Of a stretch of 64,000 nt of DNA, positions 53,182-63,237 are shown piece after piece. Each line of letters opens with the position of its first letter. Within the stretch, counting starts at the first letter, position 1. The stretch covers positions 142,605-206,604 of the forward strand of contig JAJYJS010000002.1 of NCBI GenBank assembly GCA_021789215.1. The letters are read 5' to 3'. The notes under the pieces are model-generated. The model had not been told where the DNA came from. It ran no database searches and worked only from the letters and a program-made list of their open reading frames with translations. A program made the position numbers and the translations under genes. The stretch is from Nitrospirota bacterium. Its GTDB lineage: Bacteria; Nitrospirota; Thermodesulfovibrionia; Thermodesulfovibrionales; JdFR-88.

Positions 53182-54222
53182 TTGGCCATAACCTATAAGA
53201 AAGCGGGCGTTGACATCGAGGAGGGGGAAAGGTTCGTAAAACTCCTCTCTCCCGCAGCCGCCAGGACCAGGAGGAAGGAAGTCCTTCAGGGCATCGGACT
53301 TTTCGGTGCGCTGTTCAAACTGGACACCCGTAAATACAAAGAGCCCGTGCTTGTGAGCAGCACGGACGGAGTGGGCACGAAGCTCAAGATAGCCTTCATG
53401 ACGGGCCGCCATGACACCGTGGGCATAGACCTTGTCGCCATGAGCGTGAACGACATACTCACCTGCGGGGCGGAGCCGCTTTTCTTCCTTGACTACTTCG
53501 CGACGGGAAAGCTGCGGGCCGGGAAGGCCGTGAAGGTCATTGAAGGCATCGCGAAGGGCTGCGAAGAGTCCGGCTGCACGCTGATAGGGGGCGAGACCGC
53601 CGAGATGCCGGGTTTTTACAAGCCGGGGGAATACGACCTTGCCGGTTTTGCCGTGGGCGTCGTCGAGCGCCGCATGATAATAAACGGTGCGCGCATAAAA
53701 CCCGGAGACGCCCTCGTTGGCATGGCCTCGTCCGGCCTGCACTCAAACGGCTACTCGCTGGCAAGAAAAGCCCTGATTGAAAAAAACTCCGGCACGGGGC
53801 TGAAATCCAAGCCCGGGGAGCTTGGAGGCAAAACGGTTGCCGATGAACTCCTCACGCCGACAAGGATTTATGTAAAGGCGTTCAACGCCCTCAATGGGAA
53901 AGTAGATATAAAAGGCCTGGCCCATATAACGGGCGGCGGCATCCCCGGCAACTTGAACAGGATACTCCCAAAAGGTATCGACGCACTTGTGGTTGAAGGC
54001 TCATGGCCCGTGCCTGGCATATTCGGGCTCATCCAGAAGGCCGGGAAGGTGCCGGAGGCCGACATGAAAAAGACGTTCAACATGGGCATAGGCTTTGTGG
54101 CCGTAATGCCTGAAAAGGACGCGCCAAAGGCCGTTTCCATCCTCAAAAAGGCAGGATATGCATCATGTCTTATAGGACGCGCCGGGAAGGGCAGCGGCAA
54201 GGTCAGATACGTAAAAAGCTGA
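53182..54222 (+). CDS. purM: Phosphoribosylformylglycinamidine cyclo-ligase (AIR synthetase)
   Basis: YKKAGVDIEEGE, DGVGTKLK, DYFATGKL, GGETAEMPG and AHITGGG motifs. TTG start. Confidence 0.93.
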   Translation: MAITYKKAGVDIEEGERFVKLLSPAAARTRRKEVLQGIGLFGALFKLDTRKYKEPVLVSSTDGVGTKLKIAFMTGRHDTVGIDLVAMSVNDILTCGAEPLFFLDYFATGKLRAGKAVKVIEGIAKGCEESGCTLIGGETAEMPGFYKPGEYDLAGFAVGVVERRMIINGARIKPGDALVGMASSGLHSNGYSLARKALIEKNSGTGLKSKPGELGGKTVADELLTPTRIYVKAFNALNGKVDIKGLAHITGGGIPGNLNRILPKGIDALVVEGSWPVPGIFGLIQKAGKVPEADMKKTFNMGIGFVAVMPEKDAPKAVSILKKAGYASCLIGRAGKGSGKVRYVKS

Positions 54223-54382
54223 CCAGACTTTCATTTTTCCATTTTTCATCCTCAAAAAAGCTGTTTCCCGCCCGATCCCTTACTGCATCATAGGCCCCCA
54301 TGTGTCATTCCGGTTTTGCGCGGGACCGCGATAAAAACTGTGATAGACTTTGCATAAGAAATGAAAAAATCAAAAGACCCCG

Positions 54383-55735
54383 ATGACCGGCATCACTGAA
54401 AAATATCGCCTGCTCCTCAGAAGGCTATGGGAAAAAGACCTGTCCTATTACAAGAGAGGGGAGCGCTTTGCCATACTCCTCACCCGCCTTCTGCATATTG
54501 CTGTAAAGGCGTACAGGGACAATGAGATATCCTTCATGGCATCGAGCCTTGTCTATACGAGCATACTTAGCCTCGTGCCCTTTCTCGCGCTGAGCTTCTC
54601 TGTGCTCAAGGCATTCGGCGTGCAGGACCAGATAGAGCTGTACCTTCAGGAGTTTCTCGCCCCCTTCGGAGCGCAGGGCACGGTCATAATAAATAAAGTA
54701 ATAGCCTATATAAACCACATCAACATGAAAATCCTGGGCACATTTGGTTTTTTGGGGCTCCTGTACACCGCGATATCGCTTGTGCAGAAGGCCGAATACG
54801 CGCTTAATTACATCTGGAAGGCAAAACAGTCAAGGGGCCTGAGAAGGAAGTTCAGCGATTACCTGAGCGTTATAGTGATAGGGCCGGGGCTTATTTTCTC
54901 CGCCCTTGGAATTACATCCACACTCCTTAGCAGCAAGGTGGCGGCCGGGATACTGTCATTGAAGTTCATAGGCGGGGCGATCTATCTGCTCGGCAAGCTC
55001 ATCCCGTATTTTTTCGTCTCGATAGCGTTCACATTCATCTATGCCCTTCTGCCGATGGCCAGGGTGAAATTCAAGGCCGCGCTTGCCGGAGGGATAATCG
55101 GCGGCATCCTCTGGCAGAGCGCTGGATGGGCGTTCGCCGCCATCACGGTGACATCCGCCAGCTATCCCGCCATATACTCCGGGTTCGCCATCATGATACT
55201 TTTCCTTATCTGGATGAACCTCAACTGGCAGATACTGCTCATCGGAGCGGTCGTTTCCTTCCATTTCCAGTACCCGCAGTATCCTCTGGTCCAGAGGACG
55301 CCATCGGTGCTCAGCAACCGGTTAAAAGAACGGCTGGCCCTGGCGATTATGTATCTTGTGGGCGACAGTTTCCATCATAAAAAGCCTTACTGGAACATGA
55401 ACAGTTTCGTAGGGCGTTTCAGGGTGCCTATGGAAGCCGTTGAGGACATGCTGGAAATCCTTGAGCGCAAGGGGCTTCTGATACGGGCGGCGGATGAGAC
55501 AAGCTATATTCCAGCAAGGGCGCTGGACACAATAACAGTCGGAGACGTGCTCACTGCCGCGAGGACCGCCGGGGAAAACACTTACCGGCTTGAAAGCGGG
55601 ATTGTGTCCCTTGATGTGGTGGATGAGATAATAGAAAAAATAAACGGGGCCGTCTCCCGTGTGCTGGGGGATGTGACGATAGAGGACGTCCTCCTGCGCA
55701 GGGAGGAGGCCGTTGCCGTTCCGGTTGGCAGTTGA
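54383..55735 (+). CDS. YihY/BrkB-family inner membrane protein with a C-terminal soluble extension
   Basis: ASSLVYTSILSLVPFLAL and 6 TM segments typical of YihY. The last 150 aa or so are soluble and look wHTH-like. Confidence 0.8.
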   Translation: MTGITEKYRLLLRRLWEKDLSYYKRGERFAILLTRLLHIAVKAYRDNEISFMASSLVYTSILSLVPFLALSFSVLKAFGVQDQIELYLQEFLAPFGAQGTVIINKVIAYINHINMKILGTFGFLGLLYTAISLVQKAEYALNYIWKAKQSRGLRRKFSDYLSVIVIGPGLIFSALGITSTLLSSKVAAGILSLKFIGGAIYLLGKLIPYFFVSIAFTFIYALLPMARVKFKAALAGGIIGGILWQSAGWAFAAITVTSASYPAIYSGFAIMILFLIWMNLNWQILLIGAVVSFHFQYPQYPLVQRTPSVLSNRLKERLALAIMYLVGDSFHHKKPYWNMNSFVGRFRVPMEAVEDMLEILERKGLLIRAADETSYIPARALDTITVGDVLTAARTAGENTYRLESGIVSLDVVDEIIEKINGAVSRVLGDVTIEDVLLRREEAVAVPVGS

Positions 55736-55743
55736 GCTTTTTC

Positions 55744-57306
55744 CTACTTGAAGAATTTCTTCTCCAGCTCCTCCAATCCCCTGCCGATGCCCTTTTGAAT
55801 GATGGGGGCCGTGCTCAGGCCGGCAGAGGGCCTGTCCACAACGCCGCTTATCTTTACAGGGACAGTGGTCCAGCCCCTCTGGTCCGTAAGGAATTTCATG
55901 TACCTGCTCCGGCTTATTCCTGCCGCCAGCGCCGGAGAGAGCTTCACATCCAGGGACGCCTTCAGCCTCTTGTCGAACCCGACGGCGCCGTTCAGGTTGG
56001 CGAACTCTATCCGGGCCGAATTCATGAAACCGGCAAACGTCACCTTTTCCTTTGCGATTTCAAACCGCATACGTGAACTTGTAAACACCGGCGTGCGAAG
56101 CTCCGGCACCCCCAGGAGCGAGGATATCTGGTCCGCTATGGTAGACTGCTTCACCGCGATTTTCGGGAACACCGCCGTGCCGCTGCCCTTTAAAGTGGGT
56201 TTTACGCCCAGGTTTGTATTAAAGCTGAAAGCGCCTTTGAAATTCCCCGCGACATCAACCTTCTTCCCGCCGGAGATGTCCATGCTGACAGGGGCAATCC
56301 CGGCAACACCATTTTCATACCTGTAAAGAAGGTTGAAACCGGTGATTGTGAAGCCCTGATAATAGGCCGTCTTTACATTCACCCTGCCCTTGGCCTTCAT
56401 CTTTTTTTGGGGTGCGGCAGCCTCCCTGTGCACAGCCTGTTTTGCGGCGGGAGCGGCCTTCCCCTTGGGCATTAAAGCGGCGAGCCTGTCCAGGTGCAGC
56501 ACCAGGGAAGAGACGTCTATATTTGCATCAGGGGATTCCTCGTAATTCCTGATTACCCCTGTTGTCTTTATCCGGTCCCCTTCGATGCCGGTCAGGAGGT
56601 CCAGGTCTATTTCCTTTCCAATCCTGATCCTGCCCGTGGTGTTTACCGTCGCCTTCTGCCCGATTACGGCCTTCATCTCCTTCAGGTCTATGCTGCCTGA
56701 GGGCTTCAGTTTCCCTCCCGCCGCCTGGGAGACGTCAAGGCTGGCATCGGCGAGCAGGTCGATATCCGGGATTTTTCCCAGGTCGTCAACGAAGACCGCC
56801 TTTGCGTCCCTCACCCGCACGCCGCTCAGGGCCACGGCGAATTTCTTCTTCCCGGCCTCTTCCGCCGCGGGGATTTTTTGTTTTTGCTTTTCCTTTTCCT
56901 CCCGCTCCCTCGCCATTTTTTCCTTTATGTCCGTGAAATTATATTTCCCGTCCTTAAGCCTCTCTATCCTTATGAACGGCGAGACCAGCTCAAGCCTGGT
57001 AATGACGAGCTCCCTCTTGAGCAGCGGGGGAAGGCTGTAATTGAGCAGGAATTTCCTGGCCTTTATGAAATCGGTTTTGCCGTCGGCCTCTTTAAGCGCA
57101 AAACCCGACACATCCACGCCCTTGAACAGCGAAATTTTTATCCTGTCGATGGAAACCTGCCGGCCTGTCATCTGCTCCAGCTTTGGGATGACCATCGCCT
57201 TCAGCTTGCCGCTCGTGAAATAAACCCGCACGAATATCGCAAGGGCCAGAAGGACGAGTATTACCAGCCCCGCAACCACGCCCGCTATCCACAATACGGT
57301 TTTCAT
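55744..57306 (-). CDS. AsmA-family outer-membrane biogenesis protein
   Basis: N-terminal TM anchor followed by a beta-rich repetitive sequence (SIDRIKISLFKGVDVSGFALKE...). Start taken at the ATG at 57306 (MKTVLWIAG). Confidence 0.75.
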   Translation of the reverse strand: MKTVLWIAGVVAGLVILVLLALAIFVRVYFTSGKLKAMVIPKLEQMTGRQVSIDRIKISLFKGVDVSGFALKEADGKTDFIKARKFLLNYSLPPLLKRELVITRLELVSPFIRIERLKDGKYNFTDIKEKMAREREEKEKQKQKIPAAEEAGKKKFAVALSGVRVRDAKAVFVDDLGKIPDIDLLADASLDVSQAAGGKLKPSGSIDLKEMKAVIGQKATVNTTGRIRIGKEIDLDLLTGIEGDRIKTTGVIRNYEESPDANIDVSSLVLHLDRLAALMPKGKAAPAAKQAVHREAAAPQKKMKAKGRVNVKTAYYQGFTITGFNLLYRYENGVAGIAPVSMDISGGKKVDVAGNFKGAFSFNTNLGVKPTLKGSGTAVFPKIAVKQSTIADQISSLLGVPELRTPVFTSSRMRFEIAKEKVTFAGFMNSARIEFANLNGAVGFDKRLKASLDVKLSPALAAGISRSRYMKFLTDQRGWTTVPVKISGVVDRPSAGLSTAPIIQKGIGRGLEELEKKFFK

Positions 57307-57368
57307 CCGGCATGTACCTATGTTCATGCTATTTGAAAGGAGAATGGCCGTCAAGCACAGGCATTGAT

Positions 57369-57408
57369 CTTCCCTGCGGCAAGGGGACTGGTCCCCAAGC
57401 CGCAGGGA
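57369..57408. repeat. 40-nt near-perfect palindrome in the divergent asmA / DUF362 intergenic region
   Basis: TTCCCTGCGGCAAGGGGAC-TG-GTCCCCAAGCCGCAGGGAA, with 19-nt arms carrying one 2-nt mismatch. Confidence 0.8.
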
Positions 57409-57472
57409 ATGTAATGTGAGGATTTTTTTGTTTATATCCGCTCGCTATCCATTTACCCTTTATAATAGAAAG

Positions 57473-58597
57473 ATGGAAAACAGGGTATATGTGCGGAAGG
57501 TTTTTTCTTACGACTACGCCGTCCTGCGGCCGCTCATCTCAGGTCTGATGGAAAGGGAACTGGGCGGCTCCATCTCGAAAGGCATGCTGGCCGTAATCAA
57601 ACCCAACCTCCTTGCCCCCGCCCCGCCGGAAAAAGCCATGCTCACCCATCCGTTGATAGTCAGGGCGGTCGCGGAATATTTAATCGAAAAAGGGGCCAGG
57701 GTAAGGATAGCCGACAGCCCCGCCCTGGGCTCTTTTGAGAAAGTATTAAAGGAAAGCGGGATCGGAAGCGCCCTTTCCGGACTCCCTGTGGAGATGGCCG
57801 AATTCAGGGAATCGGCCCAAATCCAGACTGGCGAACCGTTCCGGAAGATAGAGCTTTCCAGAGACGCCCTTGAGGCGGACATGCTGATAAACCTGCCCAA
57901 GCTCAAGACCCACTCGCAGATGCTGCTTACTCTTGGCGTCAAAAACCTCTTCGGGTGCGTAGTGGGCGTCAGGAAACCCGAATGGCACTTCAGGACGGGT
58001 GTGGACAGGGAGATGTTCGCAAAGCTGCTCGTCCAGATATACCTCGCGCTGAAACCGGCATTCACCATTCTGGACGGCATCCTCGCGATGGAAGGGCAGG
58101 GGCCGGGCAAAAGCGGCACTCCACGCGAGCTTGGGCTTCTTCTTGCAAGCAGGGACACCCTGGCCCTGGACGCCGCCGTCTGCGGCATGCTTGGTGTCGG
58201 GCCAGCCGATATGCCTGTCTGCAACGCGGCAATGCGGATGGGCCTTTCAACCGGCTACGAACTGGACGGGACAATGGAAAAGATACCTGATTTCAAGCTC
58301 CCCCGGACCTCTGGGCTGGTCTTCGGCCCCAGGCCCCTGCATGGGCTGATGCGCGCTCACCTGGTGCAAAGGCCCGTACCGGATGAAGACATTTGCAGGC
58401 TTTGCGGCGAATGCATGCGCTACTGCCCTGTGCAGGCGATAGAAAAAAGGGAGAAAAAACTGCGATTTGACTATAACAAGTGCATCAGGTGTTATTGCTG
58501 TCTTGAGGTCTGCCCTTACGGGGCGATCAAGTCAAAGGAGACCCTGCCGGGCAAACTGGTCAGGCGGATTGTGAAAGGGCGGCCGTCCTCAAAATAA
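57473..58597 (+). CDS. DUF362-domain protein with a C-terminal 2x[4Fe-4S] ferredoxin domain
   Basis: VAVIKPNLL..., TLDGILAMEGQGP, and CRLCGECMRYCP plus CIRCYCCLEVCP. Start taken at MENRVYV. A TATAAT box (57461-57466) ends 6 nt before this ATG. Confidence 0.8.
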   Translation: MENRVYVRKVFSYDYAVLRPLISGLMERELGGSISKGMLAVIKPNLLAPAPPEKAMLTHPLIVRAVAEYLIEKGARVRIADSPALGSFEKVLKESGIGSALSGLPVEMAEFRESAQIQTGEPFRKIELSRDALEADMLINLPKLKTHSQMLLTLGVKNLFGCVVGVRKPEWHFRTGVDREMFAKLLVQIYLALKPAFTILDGILAMEGQGPGKSGTPRELGLLLASRDTLALDAAVCGMLGVGPADMPVCNAAMRMGLSTGYELDGTMEKIPDFKLPRTSGLVFGPRPLHGLMRAHLVQRPVPDEDICRLCGECMRYCPVQAIEKREKKLRFDYNKCIRCYCCLEVCPYGAIKSKETLPGKLVRRIVKGRPSSK

Positions 58598-58646
58598 CAG
58601 GCAGTGAAGCCTGTCCCGGACCCCACCCCTCATGAAAAGCGGCTTT

Positions 58647-59066
58647 TTACTTTTTGCCCTTCTTGATCTTTTTTGTAATAGATATGATGGTCTTTGCGCT
58701 TCCCCCGTAGCTGTTGGGCTCGACATTTATGTACTCATCGGCTATGGGCGGCTTGCCCTTCATTGGGAAGAAATAGACCGTCTGCTTGTCTTTTTTCAGG
58801 AGCACGGGTTTTTTCCCGGTCTTTTTTTCATAGAACGCCTTGATCTTTTCAGGCGAGTCGTTGGATGTGAAGATGTATGACTTCCAGCCGGGGGCGGCCA
58901 TGCTCCCTGAGTGCTCCAGGTATTTCGAGCCGGGATACACGGGGTAGCCTATTTCCTTCCCGGACAGGGTTTTTCCCGCGGCTGAATGCGGCTTTGGCTG
59001 TGCCATCGCCGCCGCGGCAAACAGCAGCATAAGCAATATCGCGGGCACAAATATTTTTTTTCTCAT
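58647..59066 (-). CDS. Secreted hypothetical protein (139 aa, Lys-rich)
   Basis: Signal peptide MRKKIFVPAILLMLLFAAAAMAQP. AGGAGA lies 5 nt upstream of the ATG at 59066. Confidence 0.65.
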   Translation of the reverse strand: MRKKIFVPAILLMLLFAAAAMAQPKPHSAAGKTLSGKEIGYPVYPGSKYLEHSGSMAAPGWKSYIFTSNDSPEKIKAFYEKKTGKKPVLLKKDKQTVYFFPMKGKPPIADEYINVEPNSYGGSAKTIISITKKIKKGKK

Positions 59067-59227
59067 CTGGTCTCCTGTGTCCATCGTAATTGAAAGCTCC
59101 TAAAAGTATAGCACAGGACAATTTCCGGAAATCTATAATAAAATAAAGAGAGACGGGCAGATTTTCTGCATGGTTTGTGCCAATGTTGAACCTTTAAACG
59201 TCCCAGCGGCGCGGTTGGAAAAAGCAG

Positions 59228-60712
59228 ATGTGGAAAAAGCCTGAAATTCCTCCTGCGGTAAACGCAGCCATAATCGGGGCAATGACGATAGCGGTATTCC
59301 TGCTGGACCATTCGCTGCCCCTGGGCTACAGCATATGGCTTTTGTATCTTGTCCCGATAGCTTACGCCTTCTCCGTCCGGATGAATATTTTGTATTTAAC
59401 GGCGGCCGCCACCCTCCTGATTACAATAGAGTTTTTCATTGCCCGCCCGGGTGTAAGTCCAAGCGTGTCGCTTGCCAACAGGTCCCTTGGAATAATCCTG
59501 CTCTGGATTTTTTCTTACATCGTCATGAAGCGCAGGCATGCGGAAGAGAGAAGCATGATGGCGAGAAAGGAATCCGAGGAACTAAGGAACCGGCTCGCGT
59601 CAATCGTGGAGACCTCCGATGAGGCAATCATAGGCAAGTCGCTTGACGGCGTCATACAGACCTGGAACACCGGGGCAGAGGAGATGTACGGCTATTCCGC
59701 AGGCGAGGCCGTAGGCCGGCCCGTTTCCATACTCGTCCCGCCCGGCTACCCCAATGAAATCCCCAAAATACTCGAAAGGATAGCAAAGGGTGAGCATATC
59801 GGGCATTATGAGACCGTTCGCATGCGCAAGGACGGGGAACGGATATTTGTTTCCATTTCAATTTCGCCCGTAAAGGATGAAAACGGCAGGATTGCCGGCG
59901 CGGCAACCATCGCCCACGACATCACGGAGCGCAAGCGCCTGGAGGAAAGCCTGAGGAATACCCTTTCGGAGCTTGACCGCTCGAACAAGGAGCTGGAGCA
60001 GTTCGCCTACGTGGCTTCGCACGACCTTCAGGAGCCCTTGCGGATGGTCTCAAGCTACGTGCAGCTCCTGGCCCGCAAGTATTCGGAAAAGCTGGACGGC
60101 AAGGCGCTTGAATACATAGACTTCGCGGTCGACGGCGCAGACCGGATGAAAAAGCTCATCGAGGGCCTGCTTGCTTATTCACGGGTGTCGCGCGGGACCG
60201 GACCCGGAAAGGTAAACACCGCTGACATCTTCGACGGGGCCGTCTCCAACCTCAGGGCCTCGATTGAGGAAAATCAGGCAGCGGTCATAAAAGAAGGCCC
60301 CCTGCCGGAGGTTTATGGGGACGGGACACAGCTCCTCCAGCTTTTTCAGAACCTCATCGGCAACGCGATAAAATTCAGGAGGCCGGACGTCCCGCCCGTG
60401 GTGCGCGTATCGGCCGGCAGGAAGGGTCAGGATTGGGTCTTTGCAATAAAGGACAACGGGATAGGGATAGACCCTAAATATTACGACCGGGTATTCCTGA
60501 TTTTCCAGCGGCTGCACTCGCGGCAGGAATACCCGGGCACAGGCATCGGGCTGGCCCTGTGCAAAAGGATAGTCGAGAGCCATGGAGGACGCATATGGAT
60601 AGAGTCCGGGCAGGGCTCCGGCTCGGCCTTTTTCTTTACAATCCCAGCCCAGGAGGAGCCGGATGAATATGGAAACGGGCGAGGTTATAGACATTCTGCT
60701 CGTGGAGGATAA
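59228..60712 (+). CDS. Membrane PAS-domain sensor histidine kinase
   Basis: About 4 N-terminal TM segments, a PAS domain ([31 protein letters not shown]), H-box [13 protein letters not shown], and [15 protein letters not shown] and GTGIGLA motifs. Confidence 0.9.
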   Translation: MWKKPEIPPAVNAAIIGAMTIAVFLLDHSLPLGYSIWLLYLVPIAYAFSVRMNILYLTAAATLLITIEFFIARPGVSPSVSLANRSLGIILLWIFSYIVMKRRHAEERSMMARKESEELRNRLASIVETSDEAIIGKSLDGVIQTWNTGAEEMYGYSAGEAVGRPVSILVPPGYPNEIPKILERIAKGEHIGHYETVRMRKDGERIFVSISISPVKDENGRIAGAATIAHDITERKRLEESLRNTLSELDRSNKELEQFAYVASHDLQEPLRMVSSYVQLLARKYSEKLDGKALEYIDFAVDGADRMKKLIEGLLAYSRVSRGTGPGKVNTADIFDGAVSNLRASIEENQAAVIKEGPLPEVYGDGTQLLQLFQNLIGNAIKFRRPDVPPVVRVSAGRKGQDWVFAIKDNGIGIDPKYYDRVFLIFQRLHSRQEYPGTGIGLALCKRIVESHGGRIWIESGQGSGSAFFFTIPAQEEPDEYGNGRGYRHSARGG

Positions 60713-61124
60713 CCCTGGCGACGTCTTCCTCATAAAGGAGGCCCTGAGCGACGGCAAGATCCGCAACGAACTGCACGTGGTGACGGACGGGGAGGAGGCG
60801 ACGGAGTACCTTTATAAACAGGGCAGGCATATGGGGGCCCACAGGCCGGAACTCATCCTGCTGGACTTGAACCTCCCGCGCAAAAGCGGCAGGGAAGTGC
60901 TTGAGGAGATAAAGGCCGACCCTGAACTGAAGTCCATTCCCGTGGTGGTGCTCACCACATCCAAGGCCGAGGAGGACATACTCAAGTCTTACAACCTTCA
61001 CGCCAACTGCTATATCACAAAACCTGTCGACCTGGAGCAGTTCCTCAATGTCGTCAAATCCATTGAGGACTTCTGGCTCACCATCGTGAAACTGCCCTCA
61101 AGAGCGGACATGAGAAGGAAGTGA
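60663..61124 (+). CDS. Single-domain response regulator (Rcp1/CheY-like)
   Basis: [13 protein letters not shown]...[13 protein letters not shown]...VVVLTTS...CYITKP. Overlaps the kinase 3' end. Confidence 0.9.
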   Translation: MNMETGEVIDILLVEDNPGDVFLIKEALSDGKIRNELHVVTDGEEATEYLYKQGRHMGAHRPELILLDLNLPRKSGREVLEEIKADPELKSIPVVVLTTSKAEEDILKSYNLHANCYITKPVDLEQFLNVVKSIEDFWLTIVKLPSRADMRRK

Positions 61125-61127
61125 GCT

Positions 61128-63158
61128 TTGGAAGACGCGCCCCTCAGGATACTGCTCATAGAGGACAACCGGCTTGACACTCTGCTCATAAAGGAGATGC
61201 TGGAAGGCACGGACTGTGAGGTAACGAATGCGGCCAGGCTTTCGGCGGGGCTGGGACTGCTTGAAACGCGGCATTTCGACCTCATCCTGCTGGACCTGGG
61301 GCTTCCGGACAGCTGGGGGCTCGAAGGGCTGGAGAAGATACAAAACAGCGGGTCCAATGTGCCGGTCGTCGTTCTGACAGGGCTTTCCGACGAGGCGCTG
61401 GCCTCAAGGTCTCTGGCGATGGGTGCCCAGGATTACGTCCTCAAAGGCCATACGGACAGCGAACTGCTGTACCGCACCATCCGTTATTCCATCGAGCGCA
61501 AGAAATCCCGGCAGCAGCTGGAGGAATCCGAGGAGCGGTTCAGGCGGGCCATAATGGACTCCGTTTTCCCGGTAATGATCCACGCCGAGGACGGCGAGGT
61601 CATCCAGATAAACAGGATATGGACCCAGTTGACGGGATACGCGATCGAGGACATCCCGGCCGTCTCCGTCTGGCTCGAAAAGGCGTCGGCCGCGGCCCCG
61701 GATACGCGCATCGGGCAGGGGGAGCACGTTATCAGGACCAAATCCGGGGACTCAAGGACATGGGAATTCAGCTCCGTTCCGCTGGGCAGCCTTCATGACG
61801 GCAGGAAACTGATAATGAGCATGGCGGCCGATATAACGGAGCGCAAGCGCATGGAGGAGATAATCAAGCACCAGGCCTCTCACGACACGCTCACGGGGCT
61901 TCCCAACAGGGCGCTGTTCATGGACCGCCTCAGCCAGGAGATAAGCGAGAGGCGCAGGAACGGCAAAAAGCTCGCGGTAATTTTTCTGGACCTCGACCGC
62001 TTCAAAAACATAAACGACACCCTGGGCCACGACGCCGGGGACAGGCTGCTTGTGGAGGTCGGAGGCAGACTCAAGACGTGCATACGGGAATCCGATACGG
62101 TGGCCCGGATCGGGGGAGACGAGTTCAATATCCTGCTCGCCGGCATAGCCCACAGCGGAGACGCGGCCCGGGTTGCCAGGAAGATAATCTCCTCTTTCCA
62201 GAATCCTTTCCAGATAAAAGAGCATGAACTGAATATAACCACGAGCATAGGGATAAGCATCTGTCCCGATGACTCAGGTGAAATGGACGTGCTCCTCAAA
62301 TACGCCGATATAGCCATGTATTACGCCAAGGAAAGCGGCAAAAACGCATTCCGGTTCTACGACCCACTGATAAACAAACGGACGCTGGAAAGGATAAAAC
62401 TTGAAAACAGGCTCCGCCAGACACTTGAAAAAGGGGAACTGGTCCTGCATTACCAGCCCCAGATTGACGCCAAAACCGGGGAGATTACCTGCGCGGAATC
62501 GCTGGTCAGGTGGCAGCATCCGGAAATGGGGCTGCTGGACCCGGCCCGGTTCATACCGCTTGCCGAGGAGACCGGCCTTATCCTGGACATCGGCGAATGG
62601 GTACTGCGCACGGCATGCGCCCAGAACAAGGCATGGCAGAACGCCGGGCTGCCGCGCATATGCGTCTCGATAAACCTCTCCGAGCGCCAGTTCCATCAGC
62701 CGGACTTCCCGAAGCTTGTGTCCAGGGTGCTTGAAGAAACGGGGCTGGACCCGGGTTGGCTTGATATCGAGATAACTGAGACCACCGCGATGCGGGACAC
62801 GAGTTTTTCAATCCCAAGCCTGGCAAAGCTCGCCGGGCTTGGAATAAAGTTTTCGCTCGACGACTTCGGCACCGGGTATTCATCCCTTGAATACCTGAAG
62901 AGACTGCCCATCCAGAAAATAAAGATAGACAAATCGTTCATCGAGGGGATAATGGACGACCCTGACGATATGGCCATAGTGAGCGCGGTCATTTCGATAG
63001 CCCACAATCTGAGGAAAAAGGCCGTTGCGGAAGGGGTCGAGACCGGAGGCCAGTTCGAGGCATTGAAGGCAAGCGGCTGCGATGAGATACAGGGGTTCTT
63101 CTTCAGCAGGCCGCTGCCAGCCGGCAGTTTCGAGCGTCTGCTTACCAGTCAGGCGTGA
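61128..63158 (+). CDS. Response regulator with REC-PAS-GGDEF-EAL architecture (c-di-GMP turnover)
   Basis: The REC domain has ILLIEDN...LILLDLGLPD. The GGDEF domain has an RESD I-site 5 residues before GGDEF. The EAL domain has ESLVRW, DDFGTGYSSL, KIDKSFI, EGVET and QGFFFSRP. TTG start. Confidence 0.92.
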   Translation: MEDAPLRILLIEDNRLDTLLIKEMLEGTDCEVTNAARLSAGLGLLETRHFDLILLDLGLPDSWGLEGLEKIQNSGSNVPVVVLTGLSDEALASRSLAMGAQDYVLKGHTDSELLYRTIRYSIERKKSRQQLEESEERFRRAIMDSVFPVMIHAEDGEVIQINRIWTQLTGYAIEDIPAVSVWLEKASAAAPDTRIGQGEHVIRTKSGDSRTWEFSSVPLGSLHDGRKLIMSMAADITERKRMEEIIKHQASHDTLTGLPNRALFMDRLSQEISERRRNGKKLAVIFLDLDRFKNINDTLGHDAGDRLLVEVGGRLKTCIRESDTVARIGGDEFNILLAGIAHSGDAARVARKIISSFQNPFQIKEHELNITTSIGISICPDDSGEMDVLLKYADIAMYYAKESGKNAFRFYDPLINKRTLERIKLENRLRQTLEKGELVLHYQPQIDAKTGEITCAESLVRWQHPEMGLLDPARFIPLAEETGLILDIGEWVLRTACAQNKAWQNAGLPRICVSINLSERQFHQPDFPKLVSRVLEETGLDPGWLDIEITETTAMRDTSFSIPSLAKLAGLGIKFSLDDFGTGYSSLEYLKRLPIQKIKIDKSFIEGIMDDPDDMAIVSAVISIAHNLRKKAVAEGVETGGQFEALKASGCDEIQGFFFSRPLPAGSFERLLTSQA

Positions 63159-63237
63159 CCCGCGTCTTTTCTGCGCGGCCGCCTGACCGGCCCCTCACCG
63201 TGGCAAACCACGGGGAATGCGCTCGTTATCCATTCAA

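Noticed and set aside
57416-57472. The upstream 19 codons (GTG start at 57416) of the DUF362 ORF.
   Set aside because: This hydrophobic, aromatic stretch (MRIFLFISARYPFTLYNRK) overlaps the probable promoter (TATAAT at 57461-57466) and is not typical of the family N-terminus. The ATG at 57473 is preferred, with only moderate certainty.
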